Shown: piece by piece, positions 1 through 11,111 of the stretch
Numbering within the stretch: position 1 is the first letter of the stretch
How the letters are laid out: every line of letters starts with the position of its first letter
Assembly (NCBI GenBank): GCA_963759265.1
Contig: CAVWYR010000002.1
Location: 311,408 to 375,407, forward strand
DNA from: an uncultured Solirubrobacteraceae bacterium
GTDB taxonomy: Bacteria > Actinomycetota > Thermoleophilia > Solirubrobacterales > Solirubrobacteraceae
Direction of reading: 5' to 3'
Length of the DNA stretch: 64,000 nt
The notes under the pieces: generated by a model
The model's database searches: none
Seen by the model: only the letters and a program-made list of their open reading frames with translations
What the model was told of the DNA's origin: nothing
Made by a program: the position numbers and the translations under genes

Positions 1-258
1 CACGAGCGCCAGCTCCTCGAGCTCATCGAGGATGCGGTAGACGCTCGCGCGGCTGACCGGGCGCGAGGAACGCGCCCGCAGCGCGTCCTCGATCTCCGGT
101 GCGGTCAGCGCGCACTCCTCACGTTCGAGCAGCTCGAGCAGCGCGCGTCGTGCGCCGCCGCGCTTGCGCCCGGCGCCCGCCAGCGCGAGCTCGGCACGCC
201 GCACCCACTCGCCGGCGGCCTCGGCTGGATCAGCTGCGTGGGCGGCGCGGGCGTTCAT
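1..258 (-). CDS. Fur-family metalloregulator (Zur-like), N-terminal 86 codons; gene continues beyond the window start
   Basis: My reverse translation from ATG 258..256 gives MNARAAHAADPAEAAGEWVRRAELALAGAGRKRGGARRALLELLEREECALTAPEIEDALRARSSRPVSRASVYRILDELEELALV. This contains the Fur/Zur winged-helix 'S.A.VYR.L..L...LV' segment. It starts 3 nt after the stop of the last metal-ABC gene. It is absent from the ORF track because it is truncated. Confidence 0.7.
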   Translation of the reverse strand, partial: MNARAAHAADPAEAAGEWVRRAELALAGAGRKRGGARRALLELLEREECALTAPEIEDALRARSSRPVSRASVYRILDELEELALV

Positions 259-260
259 CG

Positions 261-1109
261 TCAAGATGGTAGAGACGGGGTCGTGAGCGCCTGTCCTCTG
301 CCCTCCAGGCTCTGGGCGGCGGGGCGGCGGCGCCAGGCAGCCCACCCGCGTCCGAGCGCATAGGCGCCGGCGCTGACGGTGCCGACGAAGAAGCCGACGG
401 GGTAGTCGGTCTCATACGAGGCGGCGATCGCGCTCCAGACGGTCAGCAGGGCGATCATCACCGACAGCGCCATCGCTACCGCGGGCCGGTCGGTGAGCGA
501 GCGCGCGGCGGCGGGCGAGCCGATCATCAGGCTGAAGATCAAGAGCGTGCCGACGACCGGCACCGTCATCGTGCTCGCGAGCGCGACGACGGCGAGGAAG
601 CACATCTCCATCGTGAAGGCGCTGACGCCGCGTGCCTCGCCGACCTCCGCGAGCACCGACGAGAGCATCAGCGGCCGATAGAGCAGCGCGATCGCGGCGA
701 CACACACGATCGCGAGCGCGGCCGTCGGCAGTACCTCGTTGGCGGAGATCCCGAGCACCTCGCCGAACAGCAGCGACTCGACCTCGGGCGCGTACTCGAC
801 GCTGAAGCTGAGAAACAGCGCACCGAGCCCGAGCATCATCACGAGCGCCAGCGCGGTGACGACGTCGTGGCGTCCGCGCCTGCCCAGCACGCCGATGCCG
901 AGCGCGCCAAGCAGCGAGAAGACGCCGAGCCCGACGAGCGTGCTGACGCCGATCAGGCTCGCGCCGACGGCGCCGGCGAAGGAGCCGTTGGGCACCGCGT
1001 GCGCGACGAACGCCGAGCCGCGCAGCACGACGAAGAAGCCGACGATGCCGGCCACGACGGCGACGATGCTCGCGACCTCCCACGCGTTGACCATGAACCC
1101 GGAGAACAC
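261..1109 (-). CDS. Metal ABC transporter permease, ABC-3 family (ZnuB/TroD/MntD-like)
   Basis: 282-aa ORF, hydrophobic throughout with multiple TM stretches and an ABC-3 permease-like sequence. The GTG start abuts the TAG stop of the preceding permease gene. Confidence 0.85.
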   Translation of the reverse strand: MFSGFMVNAWEVASIVAVVAGIVGFFVVLRGSAFVAHAVPNGSFAGAVGASLIGVSTLVGLGVFSLLGALGIGVLGRRGRHDVVTALALVMMLGLGALFLSFSVEYAPEVESLLFGEVLGISANEVLPTAALAIVCVAAIALLYRPLMLSSVLAEVGEARGVSAFTMEMCFLAVVALASTMTVPVVGTLLIFSLMIGSPAAARSLTDRPAVAMALSVMIALLTVWSAIAASYETDYPVGFFVGTVSAGAYALGRGWAAWRRRPAAQSLEGRGQALTTPSLPS

Positions 1110-1988
1110 CTATGCAACTCGTGCGCTGCGCGCGATCAGCCCTGGCAGACCGGAGAGCAGGTAGCCGATGAAGATCAGGCTGACGACGAAGAAGCTGACC
1201 GGCCAGCCGGTGCCAACCGGCGCCCAGTCGAAGCTGTCGTAGGCGAGCACGATGCCCAGCCACATCGCTGCGACCCCGATCGCGGCGGCAGCGGCGATCG
1301 CCGTGGCGGGGCGCCTGGTGAGGCGCAGCGCGCTGGCGGCCGGCCCGACCAGCAGCGCGGTCGAGAGGATCGTGCCGATCGTGAGCGCCGCGAGCGCGAC
1401 CGCGAGCGCGAGCGCGAGCAGATAGGCGAAGCCGATCGCGCGCACGTGCAGTCCGCGTGCGGCGGCCATCTCGGCGCTGACGGAGCTGAGCAGCAGCGGC
1501 CGGTAGAGCAGCCCCACCATTGCCAGCGCGAGCCCGCCCAGCAGCGCAACCAGCGGCAGCGTCGAGCTCGAGACGAGGAACACCGAGCCGAACAGGATCG
1601 TCTGGGTGGCGCCGGTGGTGTTCTCGAGGGTCGCCGACAGATACAGCAGCAGCGCCGCCAGGCCGAGAAAGAAGCCCAGCACGATGCCGGTCGCAAGGTC
1701 GCGCCCGCGCGGGCGCTGGATGCCGATCAGCTCCATCGCCCCGGCGGTCGCGACGCCGACCACGACGAACCCCCACAACGGGGTCACGCCGGCGAGGAAC
1801 GCGGCCGATCCGCCGGCTGTGTTGGTGTCGCCCAGGGCCTCCCCGGCGAACGACTGGCCGCGTATCACCGTGAACACACCGACCGTCGCCGAGACGACCG
1901 CTACGACCGTGCCGACGAGCAGCGCCACCCTCACGACTTCGCTCGAGAAGAAGCCGGGCGCGATCAGCAGCGCGGGCACGGCGCTCAT
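1110..1988 (-). CDS. Metal ABC transporter permease, ABC-3 family (TroC/MntC-like), second permease of a heterodimer
   Basis: 292-aa multi-TM ORF, paralogous to 261..1109. ATGA start/stop overlap with the ATPase gene at 1985-1988. Confidence 0.85.
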   Translation of the reverse strand: MSAVPALLIAPGFFSSEVVRVALLVGTVVAVVSATVGVFTVIRGQSFAGEALGDTNTAGGSAAFLAGVTPLWGFVVVGVATAGAMELIGIQRPRGRDLATGIVLGFFLGLAALLLYLSATLENTTGATQTILFGSVFLVSSSTLPLVALLGGLALAMVGLLYRPLLLSSVSAEMAAARGLHVRAIGFAYLLALALAVALAALTIGTILSTALLVGPAASALRLTRRPATAIAAAAAIGVAAMWLGIVLAYDSFDWAPVGTGWPVSFFVVSLIFIGYLLSGLPGLIARSARVA

Positions 1989-2869
1989 GAGACGATCTCC
2001 AGGCCGGGGACGACGACGTCGTGACCGTGCCCGGCGATCGACGATCGCTCGGACTCCTCGCCGGCGCCTGCCACCACGAGCACGCGCCCATGCACGTTGA
2101 GCACGTCGACGTGGCTGCCGTAGAGCTCGCTGAGCACGTCGGCGCGCACGACCTCCTCGGTGGTGCCGCTGGCGGCACGCCCGGCGGCGAGGTAGACGAT
2201 GCGGTCGAGCACCGGCAGAAGCGGGTTCATCTCGTGGGCTGAGATCAGCACGGCTACGTCGCGTTGCTTGGCGATCGTGGCCAGCAGCTCGACGACCTCG
2301 CGCCCTGCGCGCAGGTCGAGGTTGGCCAGCGGCTCGTCGAGCAGCAACAGCTTCGGGCGCGCGATCAGGGCGTGAGCGATCAGCACGCGCTGCTGCTCGC
2401 CGCCGGAGAGCAGCCCCACGCGAGCGTCAGCGAAGCCGGCCGCATCGACCGCTTCGAGCATCTGCTCGACGCGCGCCCTGCGGGAGCGGGATGGCAGCGG
2501 GACGCCGAAGCGGTGTGCATCGAGCCCGAGGCCGACGAGGTCGCGGGCCCGCAGCGGGATGTCTGGGTCGAGCAGGAACTTCTGGGGCACGTAGCCGATC
2601 AGAGGGTTGCGCCGCGAGCGGGGCTGTCCGGCGAGCAGCACGCGCCCCGCGCTCGCGGACTGAAGCCCCAAGATCGTGCGAAACAGCGTCGTCTTGCCGG
2701 AGCCGTTGGAGCCGATCAAGCCCGTGAGCTCCCCCGGCTGGATCTCGAAGCTGACGTCGCGCAGCACGTCCCGAGCACCCAGGCGCACGCTGACGCCCTC
2801 GACGGAGAGGATCTCCCCCTCCCCCGCGAGCGGCCCAGCGTCCGGGGTCTTCTCACCGGGGGCGTTCAC
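1985..2869 (-). CDS. Metal ABC transporter ATP-binding protein (ZnuC/TroB-like)
   Basis: Walker A GSNGSGKTT, signature LSGGEQQR, Walker B LLLLDEP. The track ORF 1985..3397 is over-extended across the SBP gene. GTG at 2869 overlaps the SBP stop (GTGA). Confidence 0.85.
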   Translation of the reverse strand: MNAPGEKTPDAGPLAGEGEILSVEGVSVRLGARDVLRDVSFEIQPGELTGLIGSNGSGKTTLFRTILGLQSASAGRVLLAGQPRSRRNPLIGYVPQKFLLDPDIPLRARDLVGLGLDAHRFGVPLPSRSRRARVEQMLEAVDAAGFADARVGLLSGGEQQRVLIAHALIARPKLLLLDEPLANLDLRAGREVVELLATIAKQRDVAVLISAHEMNPLLPVLDRIVYLAAGRAASGTTEEVVRADVLSELYGSHVDVLNVHGRVLVVAGAGEESERSSIAGHGHDVVVPGLEIVS

Positions 2870-3783
2870 AGCTTCTCCGTCGAGACGCCTTCCGCGACCG
2901 CTCGGCGCAGCGCGCGGACCTCGGCGAGCATCCACGACTGGTAGTCGTAGCCCGGGGTGGGCATCGTCTCGTAGACGCCGACGACCGGAACGCCGGCGTG
3001 TTTGGCCGCTTGCAGGAACGACTGCGTGAGCGAGTCGGTCACCTGCTGGTTGTACACGAACACCTTCACGCGGTGAGCGCTGAACAGCGCCTTCTGGAGC
3101 GTGACGTCCTGCGGCGCGGGATCGACGCCGTTCATGATGTCCGCCTGCAGCGAGAAGGGCGTGAGGTTGGTGGCTCCGGCGGCTTCGAGCATATAGTCGC
3201 CGACCGGCTCGGTCGTGGCGACGAGCGTGCCCGGGTACGCGGACTTGAACTGCGCCAGCGCGCGATACCACGGCGTCAGCGAGCGTTCGAAGGCCGCTGC
3301 GTTCGCCTTGAAGTAGGCGGCGTGAGCGGGCTGCAGCGCTGCGAGATCCGCGGCGATCGCGCGCGCCACGGCGGGCATCGTCTGCGGTTTGTACCAAAGG
3401 TGCGGGTTGCCGGTGGAGTCCGGCAGCCCGAGCAGCTTCTGCACGTCGATGAGCTTGCGCCGAGAGCTCGGTGCGGCGGACTCGATCCGTTCCATGAACG
3501 AGTCGTAGCCGACGCCGTTCTGCACCACCAGCCCGGCGGCGGCGACGGTCTCGGCGACGCTCGGGCTGGCCTCGAACGTGTGCGGATCGGTGTTCGGGTT
3601 GCTCTCGATCGCGAGCGTGCTCACGTAGCGCCCGCCGACCTGCGCGATCACGTTCGCGTACTCGTTCTCAGCGCCGATCGCGAGGATCCTGCCGCCGGGC
3701 CTAGCGTCCAGCCGGGCGGCCCCGCAGCCGGCCGCGAGCGCGGCGGCGAGGACGAGCGTCACGGCGAGCTTCCACGTATTCAC
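2866..3783 (-). CDS. Zn/Mn ABC transporter substrate-binding lipoprotein (TroA/ZnuA family)
   Basis: 305-aa ORF with lipoprotein signal MNTWKLAVTLVLAAALAAGC and full-length resemblance to cluster-9 metal SBPs. First gene of the SBP-ATPase-permease-permease-regulator operon. Confidence 0.85.
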   Translation of the reverse strand: MNTWKLAVTLVLAAALAAGCGAARLDARPGGRILAIGAENEYANVIAQVGGRYVSTLAIESNPNTDPHTFEASPSVAETVAAAGLVVQNGVGYDSFMERIESAAPSSRRKLIDVQKLLGLPDSTGNPHLWYKPQTMPAVARAIAADLAALQPAHAAYFKANAAAFERSLTPWYRALAQFKSAYPGTLVATTEPVGDYMLEAAGATNLTPFSLQADIMNGVDPAPQDVTLQKALFSAHRVKVFVYNQQVTDSLTQSFLQAAKHAGVPVVGVYETMPTPGYDYQSWMLAEVRALRRAVAEGVSTEKL

Positions 3784-3796
3784 GCGCGCAACGTAT

Positions 3797-3827
3797 CATA
3801 AGACTAAGTCTTATTCTTAGTCTTATG
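3797..3827. promoter_or_regulatory. AT-rich double palindrome, candidate Zur/Fur operator overlapping the metal-ABC promoter
   Basis: CATAAGACTAAGTCTTATTCTTAGTCTTATG. ATAAGACT-A-AGTCTTAT (3798-3814) is a perfect 8-1-8 palindrome. CATAAGACTAAG (3797-3808) and CTTAGTCTTATG (3816-3827) are perfect 12-nt inverted arms. It lies 14-44 nt upstream of the SBP GTG and overlaps a TATGAT -10-like hexamer (3795-3800, minus sense). Confidence 0.6.
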
Positions 3828-3834
3828 CGTCAGG

Positions 3835-4293
3835 CTATTCGTCGTAGTCGCGGGCTGCGCGCCGGCGACGACTGATGAGCACCACGCCGACGACGATCAG
3901 GATCAGCACGACCACCAACGCCCCTCCGGCGATGTAGCGGTTTTTGTGATTGATCTTGGGCTTCTTGACCGCCGGCAACGAAACGCCCTTCGCTTTGAGC
4001 GCGGCGCGAAGCTTCGGCTCGTCGCCGTGGACGTAGGTCACGCGCACGTGGCTTCCGTCCTTCAGCGTCAGGCGCATCGTGTGCTTGGCCGGGTTGAACT
4101 TCGCGACCACGATCTGCCCGTTTGCGAGCTGCTGTTCGTATGTCTGAATGCTCTCCTGCCCGAACTTCGCGCTGGCCTTGGCCTTCGCGTGGGCGAGGGC
4201 CGGACTGGAGGCGAGCAGCAGACAGACGCACGCCAGGAACGCGACGGCGAGGGCCCTCTGCAAGGCGCGGGATCGGCTAGAGGCTCGGGTCAT
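3835..4293 (-). CDS. Hypothetical secreted, C-terminally membrane-anchored protein
   Basis: The ORF has a signal-like N-terminus (ALAVAFLACVCLLLASSPALAHA) and a C-terminal TM segment (IAGGALVVVLILIVVGVVLI) followed by an RRRR tail. I recognise no family. Start taken at ATG 4293; GTG 4335 is also possible. Confidence 0.55.
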   Translation of the reverse strand: MTRASSRSRALQRALAVAFLACVCLLLASSPALAHAKAKASAKFGQESIQTYEQQLANGQIVVAKFNPAKHTMRLTLKDGSHVRVTYVHGDEPKLRAALKAKGVSLPAVKKPKINHKNRYIAGGALVVVLILIVVGVVLISRRRRAARDYDE

Positions 4294-4351
4294 CGGCGCG
4301 TACCTTATCGTCAGTTGATTGCCGGGGTGCCGCACACCTCCGTCCTGTCAG

Positions 4352-5086
4352 TCAGATACGTCCGGTGTCGCGTCGATAGGCGCGTGCGGCGAGCACGGCG
4401 AGGACGATCGTCCACGCGATCATCACGATCCACCCCATCGCGCCCCACGGGTGGCCACCGAAAGCCACATGGCTTGCCTGAACGAGCCAGTAGGAGGGGA
4501 TGAACTGGGTCAGCTCGTGCAAGAAGCCATGCTGGGCGATCGGGAAATATACGCCGCCGAGCAGCGCCAGCAACGAGATCCCGCCACCCATCGCCGGGCC
4601 AATCGAATCCGGGGTCAACATGTGCCCGAGCATCACCCCGAGCGCCGCGAACGGCACCAGGCCGAGCAGGATCAGCCCGGTCATCTCCAGCCACTCGCTG
4701 GCGCTGAGGCTGACGCCGACCGAGGCGCCGGCCGCGTACAGGACGAGCAGCGTGATGCCCGCCATCATGTAGCCCGTCAGCACCTTTACGCGGAAGTACG
4801 CTCGCGGCGAGAGCGGGGTGATGCGCAGCTGCCGATTCCAGCCGACCGCGCGCTCGGCGGCGATGCGCGCGCCGCACGAGAGCATCGCGCTCATCGTCCC
4901 GAACACAGCCATTCCCACCATGTAGTAGAGCGGAAGCGAGATACCGCTTCCGTCGAAGTCGCGCACGTGTCGACCGGGCCCGGCGATCGCGAAGAACAGG
5001 ATCAGCGGGAAGCCGAGCGAAAGCAGGAAGAAGCGCCGGTTGCGCAGCGTCCGCAGCAGCTCGTAGCGGACATACAGCAGCGGCAT
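4352..5086 (-). CDS. ABC-2 type exporter permease
   Basis: MPLLYVRYELLRTLRNRRFFLLSLGFPLILFF... with six hydrophobic segments typical of ABC-2 permeases. ATGA overlap with the ATPase stop at 5084-5088. The track ORF 4352..5530 is over-extended. Confidence 0.8.
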   Translation of the reverse strand: MPLLYVRYELLRTLRNRRFFLLSLGFPLILFFAIAGPGRHVRDFDGSGISLPLYYMVGMAVFGTMSAMLSCGARIAAERAVGWNRQLRITPLSPRAYFRVKVLTGYMMAGITLLVLYAAGASVGVSLSASEWLEMTGLILLGLVPFAALGVMLGHMLTPDSIGPAMGGGISLLALLGGVYFPIAQHGFLHELTQFIPSYWLVQASHVAFGGHPWGAMGWIVMIAWTIVLAVLAARAYRRDTGRI

Positions 5087-6045
5087 CACGCCTCCTCGGG
5101 CGCGCTCGCCCCGGCGGGGAGCGTTGGCGCGCCATCCTCGCCCGCGGCACGATCGCCGGTCAGCGCGAGGAACGCCTGCTCCAGCCCGGCCGCGTTGATC
5201 TCGAGGTCGCGCGCGCCCGCATGCGCGGCGAGCAGCGCCCTGATCGCCGCGTCGGAGTCCGCGCAGTGCATCAAGACCGCTTCGCCTCGGCGCTCGGCGC
5301 TGTTCACGCCCGGCAACGCCGCCAGCTCCGCGACGTCGACCGACGGCAGCGTCGCGCGGATCGTGCGCGTGCCGACCATCGCCCTGATCTCGTTCGTCGG
5401 CCCGTCCGCGACGACCGCGCCCTGCGCGATCAACACCGCCCGGTCGGCGTACGCGTCGGCCTCCTCGAGGTAGTGCGTTGCGAACAAGATCGTCTTGCCG
5501 CGCTCGGCGTAGGCGCGCATCGTCGTCCAAAACGCCCGGCGTCCTTCGACATCGAGTGCGACCGTCGGCTCGTCGAGCACCAGCAGCTCGGCGTCGCTGA
5601 CGAGCGCGACCGCGAGGCGCACGCGCTGCGTTTGACCGCCGGAGAGCTTGTTCGTGCGCTGCCCGGCGATCTCGCTGATACCCGCGAGCTCGAGCGTCTC
5701 CTCGACGTCCAGCGGCGTGGGGTAGAGCGAGGCCATCATCGCGACCAGCTCGCGGACGCTGAGATCCCTGATCAGCTGGCCCGTCTGCAGCATCCCGCCG
5801 ACGGCGCCGCGCGCGACCGCCTCAGAGGGCGGGGAACCGAACACCGAGACGGTGCCTGCGTCGGGGGCCAGCAGGCCGAGCAGCATGTCGATCGTCGTTG
5901 ACTTGCCGGCGCCGTTTGGCCCGAGCAGCGCGACCGTCTCGCCTGCGGCGATCTCGATGTCGACGCCGCGCACGGCTCGGATCGGGCCGTCCGGGCCATG
6001 GAATGACTTCACAAGGCCGTGCAGCTGGATCTCCGCCGTCGACAC
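5086..6045 (-). CDS. ABC-2 type exporter ATP-binding protein (DrrA-like)
   Basis: Walker A GPNGAGKST, signature LSGGQTQR, Walker B LLVLDEPT. 319 aa. Confidence 0.9.
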   Translation of the reverse strand: MSTAEIQLHGLVKSFHGPDGPIRAVRGVDIEIAAGETVALLGPNGAGKSTTIDMLLGLLAPDAGTVSVFGSPPSEAVARGAVGGMLQTGQLIRDLSVRELVAMMASLYPTPLDVEETLELAGISEIAGQRTNKLSGGQTQRVRLAVALVSDAELLVLDEPTVALDVEGRRAFWTTMRAYAERGKTILFATHYLEEADAYADRAVLIAQGAVVADGPTNEIRAMVGTRTIRATLPSVDVAELAALPGVNSAERRGEAVLMHCADSDAAIRALLAAHAGARDLEINAAGLEQAFLALTGDRAAGEDGAPTLPAGASAPEEA

Positions 6046-6074
6046 CCGCGCTTACCCGTGTTCGCGCCCGGGGC

Positions 6075-7913
<1,839 letters not shown>

Positions 7914-7972
7914 GGCTCGACAGGCTAGCGGCGTGAGTCGCCGGGACCGGCGGCGAGGCGAAACCTCCGCGC

Positions 7973-9370
7973 TCAACGCCCGACGCGCACCGCCCGCAGC
8001 CCGGTGCGCAACCCGAAGCGAGCGAGCGCGGCCGGGTAGTGCTCGGCGGCTGCGATCGTCTCCCGCAACGCGCTCGCGAATCGACGGATCTCCGACTCTT
8101 CGATCGTCAGCGCGGGCAGCGCCTTGATCACGTTCATGTGATGGCCCGCGACCTGGCAGAAGATCCGATGCTCGTGAAACAGGGGCACGGTCACCAACTG
8201 AGAGAAGAGCCCCGGCTGGCGACGCTCGACGCGCTCCCACAGCCGTCGGGCGCTGGCGCCGGCGGGCGGCCCGAATTCGATCGCCCACATCAGCCCCATC
8301 CCGCGCACGTCGCGGACGACCTCGAAGCGCTCCACCAGCGGCTCGGTCAGCTCCATCAGCAGCGCGCCCATGCGCTCGGCGCGGGCGACGAGATCCTCCT
8401 GGTCGATCACGCGCAGCGTGGCGAGCGCGGCGGCGGCGGCGAGATCGTTTCCCCCGAAGGTCGAGCCGTGACGCACAGCCCGCTCCATGCCGTCGAACAC
8501 GCTGTCAAACGCGGCGCGCGAGACGAGCACGGCGCCGATCGGCACGAACCCGCCCGACAGCGCCTTCGCGACGCACACCATGTCCGGCTCGAGGCCCCAG
8601 TGCTCCAGCGCGAGAAAGCGCCCGGTGCGCGCGATCCCCGTCTGCACCTCGTCGCAGACGAACAGGGTGCCGGCCTCACGGCACAGCCGCTGAGCTTGCG
8701 CCAGATAGTCGGCCGGGGGCAGGTTGACACCCTTGCCCTGTATCGGCTCGACGATGAACGCCGCGACATCTCCGTGCGAGAGCTCGCGCTCGAGCGCGTC
8801 AAGATCGCCAAAGCCGACGGCGTCGCAGCCCGGCAGCAGCGGCCCGAAGCCCTCGCGAAACTCGACCCCTCCGTTGAGCGAGAGCGAGCCGAGCGTGAGC
8901 CCGTGGAAGGCGTGCTCGGCATAGAGCACCCGCGCCCTGCCGGTCGCCGCGCGGGCGATCTTGATCGCCGCCTCGACGGCCTCTGTCCCCGTGTTGGCGG
9001 GCACCATCGCCGCGACGCTGCCCGGCGCACGCGCGAGCAGCTGCTCGGCGAGCACTCCGCTCAGAAGCGTGACCCCGAGCTGCGGCAGGTTCCCGGTTCT
9101 CGCCGCCATCACCTGTTCGAGCGCCTCGATCACCGCCGGGTGGTTGCGCCCGATCGCGAACACGCCGTAGCCCCCGAACAGGTCCAGGTAGCGCTCGCCG
9201 TCAGCGTCGATCAGGTGCGCCCCGTCTCCCCCCGTCCAGACCTTGTCGAACCCGAGGGTCCGCACGATCCGTCCCATCTGCGGGTTCAGGTGGCGATCGT
9301 TGAGCGCCATCTCCTCGCCTGTGCGCGCGCCCAGTATCTCCTGCACGCTGGGAGGCGGCTCGCGGGGCAT
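7973..9370 (-). CDS. Class-III PLP-dependent aminotransferase (acetylornithine/GABA/putrescine aminotransferase family)
   Basis: [27 protein letters not shown] and CVAKALSGG (PLP-lysine context). Start set at ATG 9370 (MPREPP...); 9439 is possible. Confidence 0.85.
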   Translation of the reverse strand: MPREPPPSVQEILGARTGEEMALNDRHLNPQMGRIVRTLGFDKVWTGGDGAHLIDADGERYLDLFGGYGVFAIGRNHPAVIEALEQVMAARTGNLPQLGVTLLSGVLAEQLLARAPGSVAAMVPANTGTEAVEAAIKIARAATGRARVLYAEHAFHGLTLGSLSLNGGVEFREGFGPLLPGCDAVGFGDLDALERELSHGDVAAFIVEPIQGKGVNLPPADYLAQAQRLCREAGTLFVCDEVQTGIARTGRFLALEHWGLEPDMVCVAKALSGGFVPIGAVLVSRAAFDSVFDGMERAVRHGSTFGGNDLAAAAALATLRVIDQEDLVARAERMGALLMELTEPLVERFEVVRDVRGMGLMWAIEFGPPAGASARRLWERVERRQPGLFSQLVTVPLFHEHRIFCQVAGHHMNVIKALPALTIEESEIRRFASALRETIAAAEHYPAALARFGLRTGLRAVRVGR

Positions 9371-9438
9371 GCGCTGAGCGTAGCTCGCGGACGCTCGGGG
9401 CCATCCGCCGATGGCAACCAGGCGCTTGGTATTGTTCA

Positions 9439-10182
9439 TTGACTTTGTGGGGTTTTCATTTTGCGCTGGCGACGATCAGCGGCCAGGGATGGCGGCAGGT
9501 CGGAGAGCTGGGCCTTGCGTTTGTGCTCTCTTCGCTGATCGGGTTGGAGCGCGAGTGGCGACAGAAGTCCGCTGGCCTTCGCACCCATGCTCTCGTGGGC
9601 CTCGGTGCGGCTCTCTTCCTCATCGTCGGCAAGTACGGCTTCAACGACGTGCTGAGCCCGGGCCGAGTCATCGTCGATCCCTCACGTGTGGCCGCCGGGG
9701 TCGTGTCCGGCATCGGTTTCATCGGCGGCGGGCTCATCTTCGTCCGCGGGGACATCGTCCGCGGCCTGACGACGGCTGCGATCGTGTGGACGACCGCAGC
9801 AATTGGAATGGCCTGCGGCGCCGGCCTGATCCTGCTCGCGCTGGCGGTGACGGCTGCGCACTTCGTGGTCGTCTTTCTGTATCCGCTGCTCGCCGCGCGC
9901 CTTCCCTCTTCGCGCTACCTCGGCTTTCGTCTGCGCGTCGTCTACGAGGATGGTCGGGGCGTCCTGCGCCAGATCATCACCGAGAGCACCGACCTCGGAC
10001 TCGCGATCCACCGAATGGTCACCCAACAGATCGAGGGGGGACCGATCGCCGGCGTCCCGGCCGTCGCGGTCACCTTCGAGGTCCGCGGCAAGCCCACCAT
10101 CGAGCAACTGACTGTTGCTCTGGACGGCCTCGACGGGGTGCTCGGCGTCGAAGCCACAGACTTCATGGATGACAGCGGCTAG
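9439..10182 (+). CDS. MgtC/SapB family membrane protein with C-terminal ACT-like domain
   Basis: [28 protein letters not shown]..., four or five TM segments, then a soluble C-terminal domain. TTG start as given by the track; exact start uncertain. Confidence 0.8.
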   Translation: MTLWGFHFALATISGQGWRQVGELGLAFVLSSLIGLEREWRQKSAGLRTHALVGLGAALFLIVGKYGFNDVLSPGRVIVDPSRVAAGVVSGIGFIGGGLIFVRGDIVRGLTTAAIVWTTAAIGMACGAGLILLALAVTAAHFVVVFLYPLLAARLPSSRYLGFRLRVVYEDGRGVLRQIITESTDLGLAIHRMVTQQIEGGPIAGVPAVAVTFEVRGKPTIEQLTVALDGLDGVLGVEATDFMDDSG

Positions 10183-10292
10183 GCCGCGTTCGGAAAAATG
10201 CAAGATTGGTCTCGGCGAAAGCGGGTAAACATCTGTACACTGGCTGCACCAAGCCGCATTTGGTGTTGTTCGCGATCGGGAAGGAAGTCCAT

Positions 10293-11093
10293 ATGCCCAC
10301 GATGACCACCACCGCAACAGCCTCACCGACGACTTCGCGCACGAGCTCTGGCGTGCAGGACGATGCGCAGCAGCTGTTCGAGCGCTGGCAGCACGACGGC
10401 GATGTCGCCGCCCGCGAGGCCCTGGTGCGCCGCTACATGCCGCTTGCGCGCAGCCTCGCCCGACGCTACGGCCGCTCCTCCGAGCCATTCGAAGACCTTC
10501 TCCAGGTCGCGGCGCTCGGGCTCCTGAAGGCGCTTGACCGTTACGACGTCGAACGCGGACACTCGTTCGCGTCCTTCGCTGTGCCGACGATCCTCGGCGA
10601 GATGCGCCGCTACTTTCGGGACTCGGGATGGGCGATCCACGTGCCCCGTGGTGCCCAGGAGCGGGCCCTGAAGGTTCGCGACGCCCAGGAGCACCTTGCC
10701 AACCAGCTCGGCCGAGCTGCTACGGTCAACCAGCTCGCGGAGTATCTTGAGCTCGACACCGAGGACGTGATCGACGCGCTGCAGGCTCTACAGGCATACG
10801 AGACGCTGTCGCTCGACGCGCCGCGCCCGGGGGCGGACGGCGATGAGGGTCTGTCATACGGCGATGCGGTCGGTCACGATGACGAGCGCTACGAGCTGGT
10901 CGAGCTCGACGCAACCCTCACGGCGGTCCTTCATCACGTGCCCCCGCGCGAGCGCCTGATTCTGCAGATGCGCTTCGTCGAAGATCTCACGCAGACGGAG
11001 ATCGCGGAACGCGTGGGCATCTCGCAGATGCAGGTCTCTCGCCTGCTGCGCCGCTCGCTGGAGCAGCTACGCAGCCTGACGCATGCGAGCTGA
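10293..11093 (+). CDS. Group-3 RNA polymerase sigma factor, SigB/SigF/SigG type
   Basis: Region 2 (FEDLLQVAALGLLKALDRYD, FASFAVPTILGEMRRYFRD), region 3, and region 4 (TQTEIAERVGISQMQVSRLLRRSL). ATG 10293 is preceded by GGAAGGAAG. Confidence 0.88.
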   Translation: MPTMTTTATASPTTSRTSSGVQDDAQQLFERWQHDGDVAAREALVRRYMPLARSLARRYGRSSEPFEDLLQVAALGLLKALDRYDVERGHSFASFAVPTILGEMRRYFRDSGWAIHVPRGAQERALKVRDAQEHLANQLGRAATVNQLAEYLELDTEDVIDALQALQAYETLSLDAPRPGADGDEGLSYGDAVGHDDERYELVELDATLTAVLHHVPPRERLILQMRFVEDLTQTEIAERVGISQMQVSRLLRRSLEQLRSLTHAS

Positions 11094-11111
11094 GGGCAGC
11101 ACGGCTGCTCG

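Noticed and set aside
412-2178. Long alternative-frame or antisense ORFs with Arg/Ala/Pro/Gly-rich translations. Examples: 412..2178, 867..2024, 5898..7928, 8039..9442, 16207..17349, 26486..27754, 37381..39234, 40563..42824, 43661..45250 upstream part, 61004..62074.
   Set aside because: These are typical shadow ORFs of a very GC-rich genome. They overlap genes with clear family signatures on the other strand or frame, they have low-complexity RRxGRR-type sequences, and they lack any motif.
1985-3397. Over-long N-terminal extensions of real genes in the ORF track (1985..3397, 4352..5530, 6075..8288, 16075..17541, 26513..27793, 29890..32424, 53764..54909, 54585..56753, 55610..58534).
   Set aside because: The extensions run through the upstream gene in a different frame and have no homology-like sequence. 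Internal ATG/GTG starts that form ATGA/GTGA overlaps with the upstream stop give proteins of canonical length.
9411-10172. The 253-aa plus-strand ORF overlapping the MgtC gene in another frame.
   Set aside because: Its translation is Arg/Gly/Pro-rich low complexity, whereas the 9439..10182 frame gives a clear MgtC/SapB sequence.
10183-10292. An autoregulatory SigB-type promoter upstream of the SigB/F-like sigma gene (GGGTAA at ~10225).
   Set aside because: No GTTT-like -35 element lies at 12-17 nt spacing from the GGGTAA. The nearest GGTCTC is only 10 nt away.
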